A stretch of 64,000 nt of DNA from Podarcis bocagei (lineage: Eukaryota): NCBI GenBank assembly GCA_964188305.1, contig OZ076890.1, one strand, 5' to 3'. Made by a program: the position numbers and the translations under genes. The notes under the pieces are model-generated. The model was not told the DNA's origin, ran no database searches, and saw nothing but the letters and a program-made list of their open reading frames with translations. Shown piece by piece: positions 62,380 through 64,000 of this stretch. Within the stretch, counting starts at the first letter, position 1; every line of letters starts with the position of its first letter.

Positions 62380-64000
62380 AACGTAGTATGGACGCACATC
62401 GATTCAGCTATCTTCTTTGACCGTGTTCCCGCATCGAGGATTGCAACCCTAAGCGCGCTCCTGAATAAGCCTTCCCCCGCCCCCGGAGGACAGCGGGAAT
62501 CGACTTCCCTGTAAACAGGCGTAGGATGGCACCGCATGTGTTAGCCCTGCTGCCTGAGGGCTTTTGCTGCGGCACAGCCAAGCCGCTGGCAGGCGGTGAA
62601 AGTAAACCCTATTAAACTGAGCAGGAGTTTGCGAGGAGGCAGCAGTTCCAGAGCCTCCCTCTCTAGGCTGCAGCCCTTAAAAACTTCCGAAGTGAAAGTG
62701 TGCAGGAGAGAGGGTACTGCAGAGCAACGAGCAAGACTTTGCGCCCGGGCAAAGGGCGTCCGAACAGGCTGGCAGCTTTCGCCTGAGCAGCTCCGCGCCG
62801 GAAGAGAGCCGCTCACTCCCCTCCCCCGATCTCCAGGCTCTGGCCTTGAGCTGCACCTTTCTCTCCGGGGTTGGCGAGGGAAATTCCCCGCGGCCCAGAC
62901 TCGGGCTCCTGGCTGTTCGGCCTTCTCAGAAGCCGCCTGTCGCAGCTCCTTTCTTGGAGCGAGCGGGGTCAGCAACCGCGGGTGACGAGAAAAGAAAACC
63001 CTTGTAAACCCCAGCTTGGCGTGCGATTAGTCATCCCCAGAGTTCCCCTAAGTCAAAGAAAACTTGGCAATCCCCCAAAGCCGGAACCGTTAGGAGGGGC
63101 TACGCCTCCTGTTTCCCCATCACCACCAGCACCCGCCCCCCCTGCTAGGAAGGGCACGGTAGGGGCTGGGGAGCTGGGGGGGGGCAGTGTGCGTTTCTGC
63201 CGCCGCCGCCGCCGCGTGTGTCAAAGCTCCTGCAGTCTTTCAAACGTTCGCGAAAGGTTTTCATCTTGGCAGCCAGATTAGCAACTAACGAAGTTCGGCG
63301 GCTGCAGCCCACACGACTTTAGTTGCCTGCGTTTATCCTTCAATAAAAGCCGATTCCTTTATTAGAAACAGGAGGCGCGTCTCCTACCGCCCCTCTCAAA
63401 TCCCAACTGGCGAGGCGCAGCCCGACACCTCTCTACCCGCCCTCCTCGCCCCATCGATTCCCCTCTGGCAAAGCCACCGCCAAGCCCTCCCGACGCTGCT
63501 TCCACACCGGGGCCGGCCAGCAAGGCACACGGAGCCCCTGCCAGCCTCTCCTCCCTGGTGCAGGGAGTTAGAAACCCACAGCACACCCTCGATCGCGAGG
63601 AAGGGGGAGCAGCCAACGTCTCCCTTGAAATCTCCCCTCCGGGGAGGCAGCCAGCCCGAATCTGCAAACTATTAATACCTTTCTCACCAGGGGCAGCCAA
63701 ACTACCAGTAGCAAATCCCCCGCTTCCCTGGGGCAAAGGTTTGAAATCCGTCGCTCCCCCCCCCCGCAAAAAAACCAAAAAAACAAACAAACCCCCACAC
63801 TCAAATCCTCTTCCCTTTCCCCATTCTCTCCCCATAGGTTTAACCAATCTATTCATTTCTAAGACCATACAAACACACACCGTTCCCTAGCACGGCATCC
63901 AACACCTCCATCATCCTAACCAGCCCCCCCCCCTCCGGAGCACCTTCGTTCTTCCTTCGAGAAAAGTCGCTTCCTTTATTAGAAACAGAAGGCACGCCTT
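62380..64000. promoter_or_regulatory. Upstream CpG island, running off the right edge
   Basis: Abrupt rise in CpG density from ~62.4 kb. Confidence 0.75.

Noticed and set aside
7791-62530. Recurrent palindromic repeats as a CRISPR-like array
   Set aside because: Dispersed, irregularly spaced and diverged copies in a vertebrate gene, with no repeat-spacer periodicity and no cas genes.

Overview
This is vertebrate genomic DNA. The repeat families point to a squamate, probably a lacertid lizard. The window holds the 5' half of BCOR (BCL6 corepressor, PRC1.1 scaffold) on the minus strand. Coding exons 2 (ATG at 10674), 3, 4 (2799 nt) and 6 are resolved to the base with GT-AG boundaries. The 54-nt exon 5 is not visible and most likely lies in the 148-N gap (3742-3889), which begins exactly where a splice donor would sit. 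The gene continues off the left edge. A GC-rich non-coding first exon ends at a donor at 49603, and a second TATA/Inr first-exon candidate lies at 48243-48383. Intron 1 (~39 kb) and the upstream region form an archipelago of CpG islands with clusters of developmental TF motifs. These are interleaved with Tigger-like and hAT MITEs, tRNA-derived SINEs, L2/CR1 fragments, many copies of a ~90-bp palindromic repeat, and microsatellites. The most notable observations are: an intact minimal hammerhead ribozyme (Penelope-derived) in the sense strand of the BCOR pre-mRNA; an overlapping uORF whose fate depends on which exon-2 acceptor is used; a repeat-derived poison-exon candidate in intron 3; and a young hAT MITE carrying CpG-island-like cargo. 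There is no prokaryote-type system such as CRISPR.
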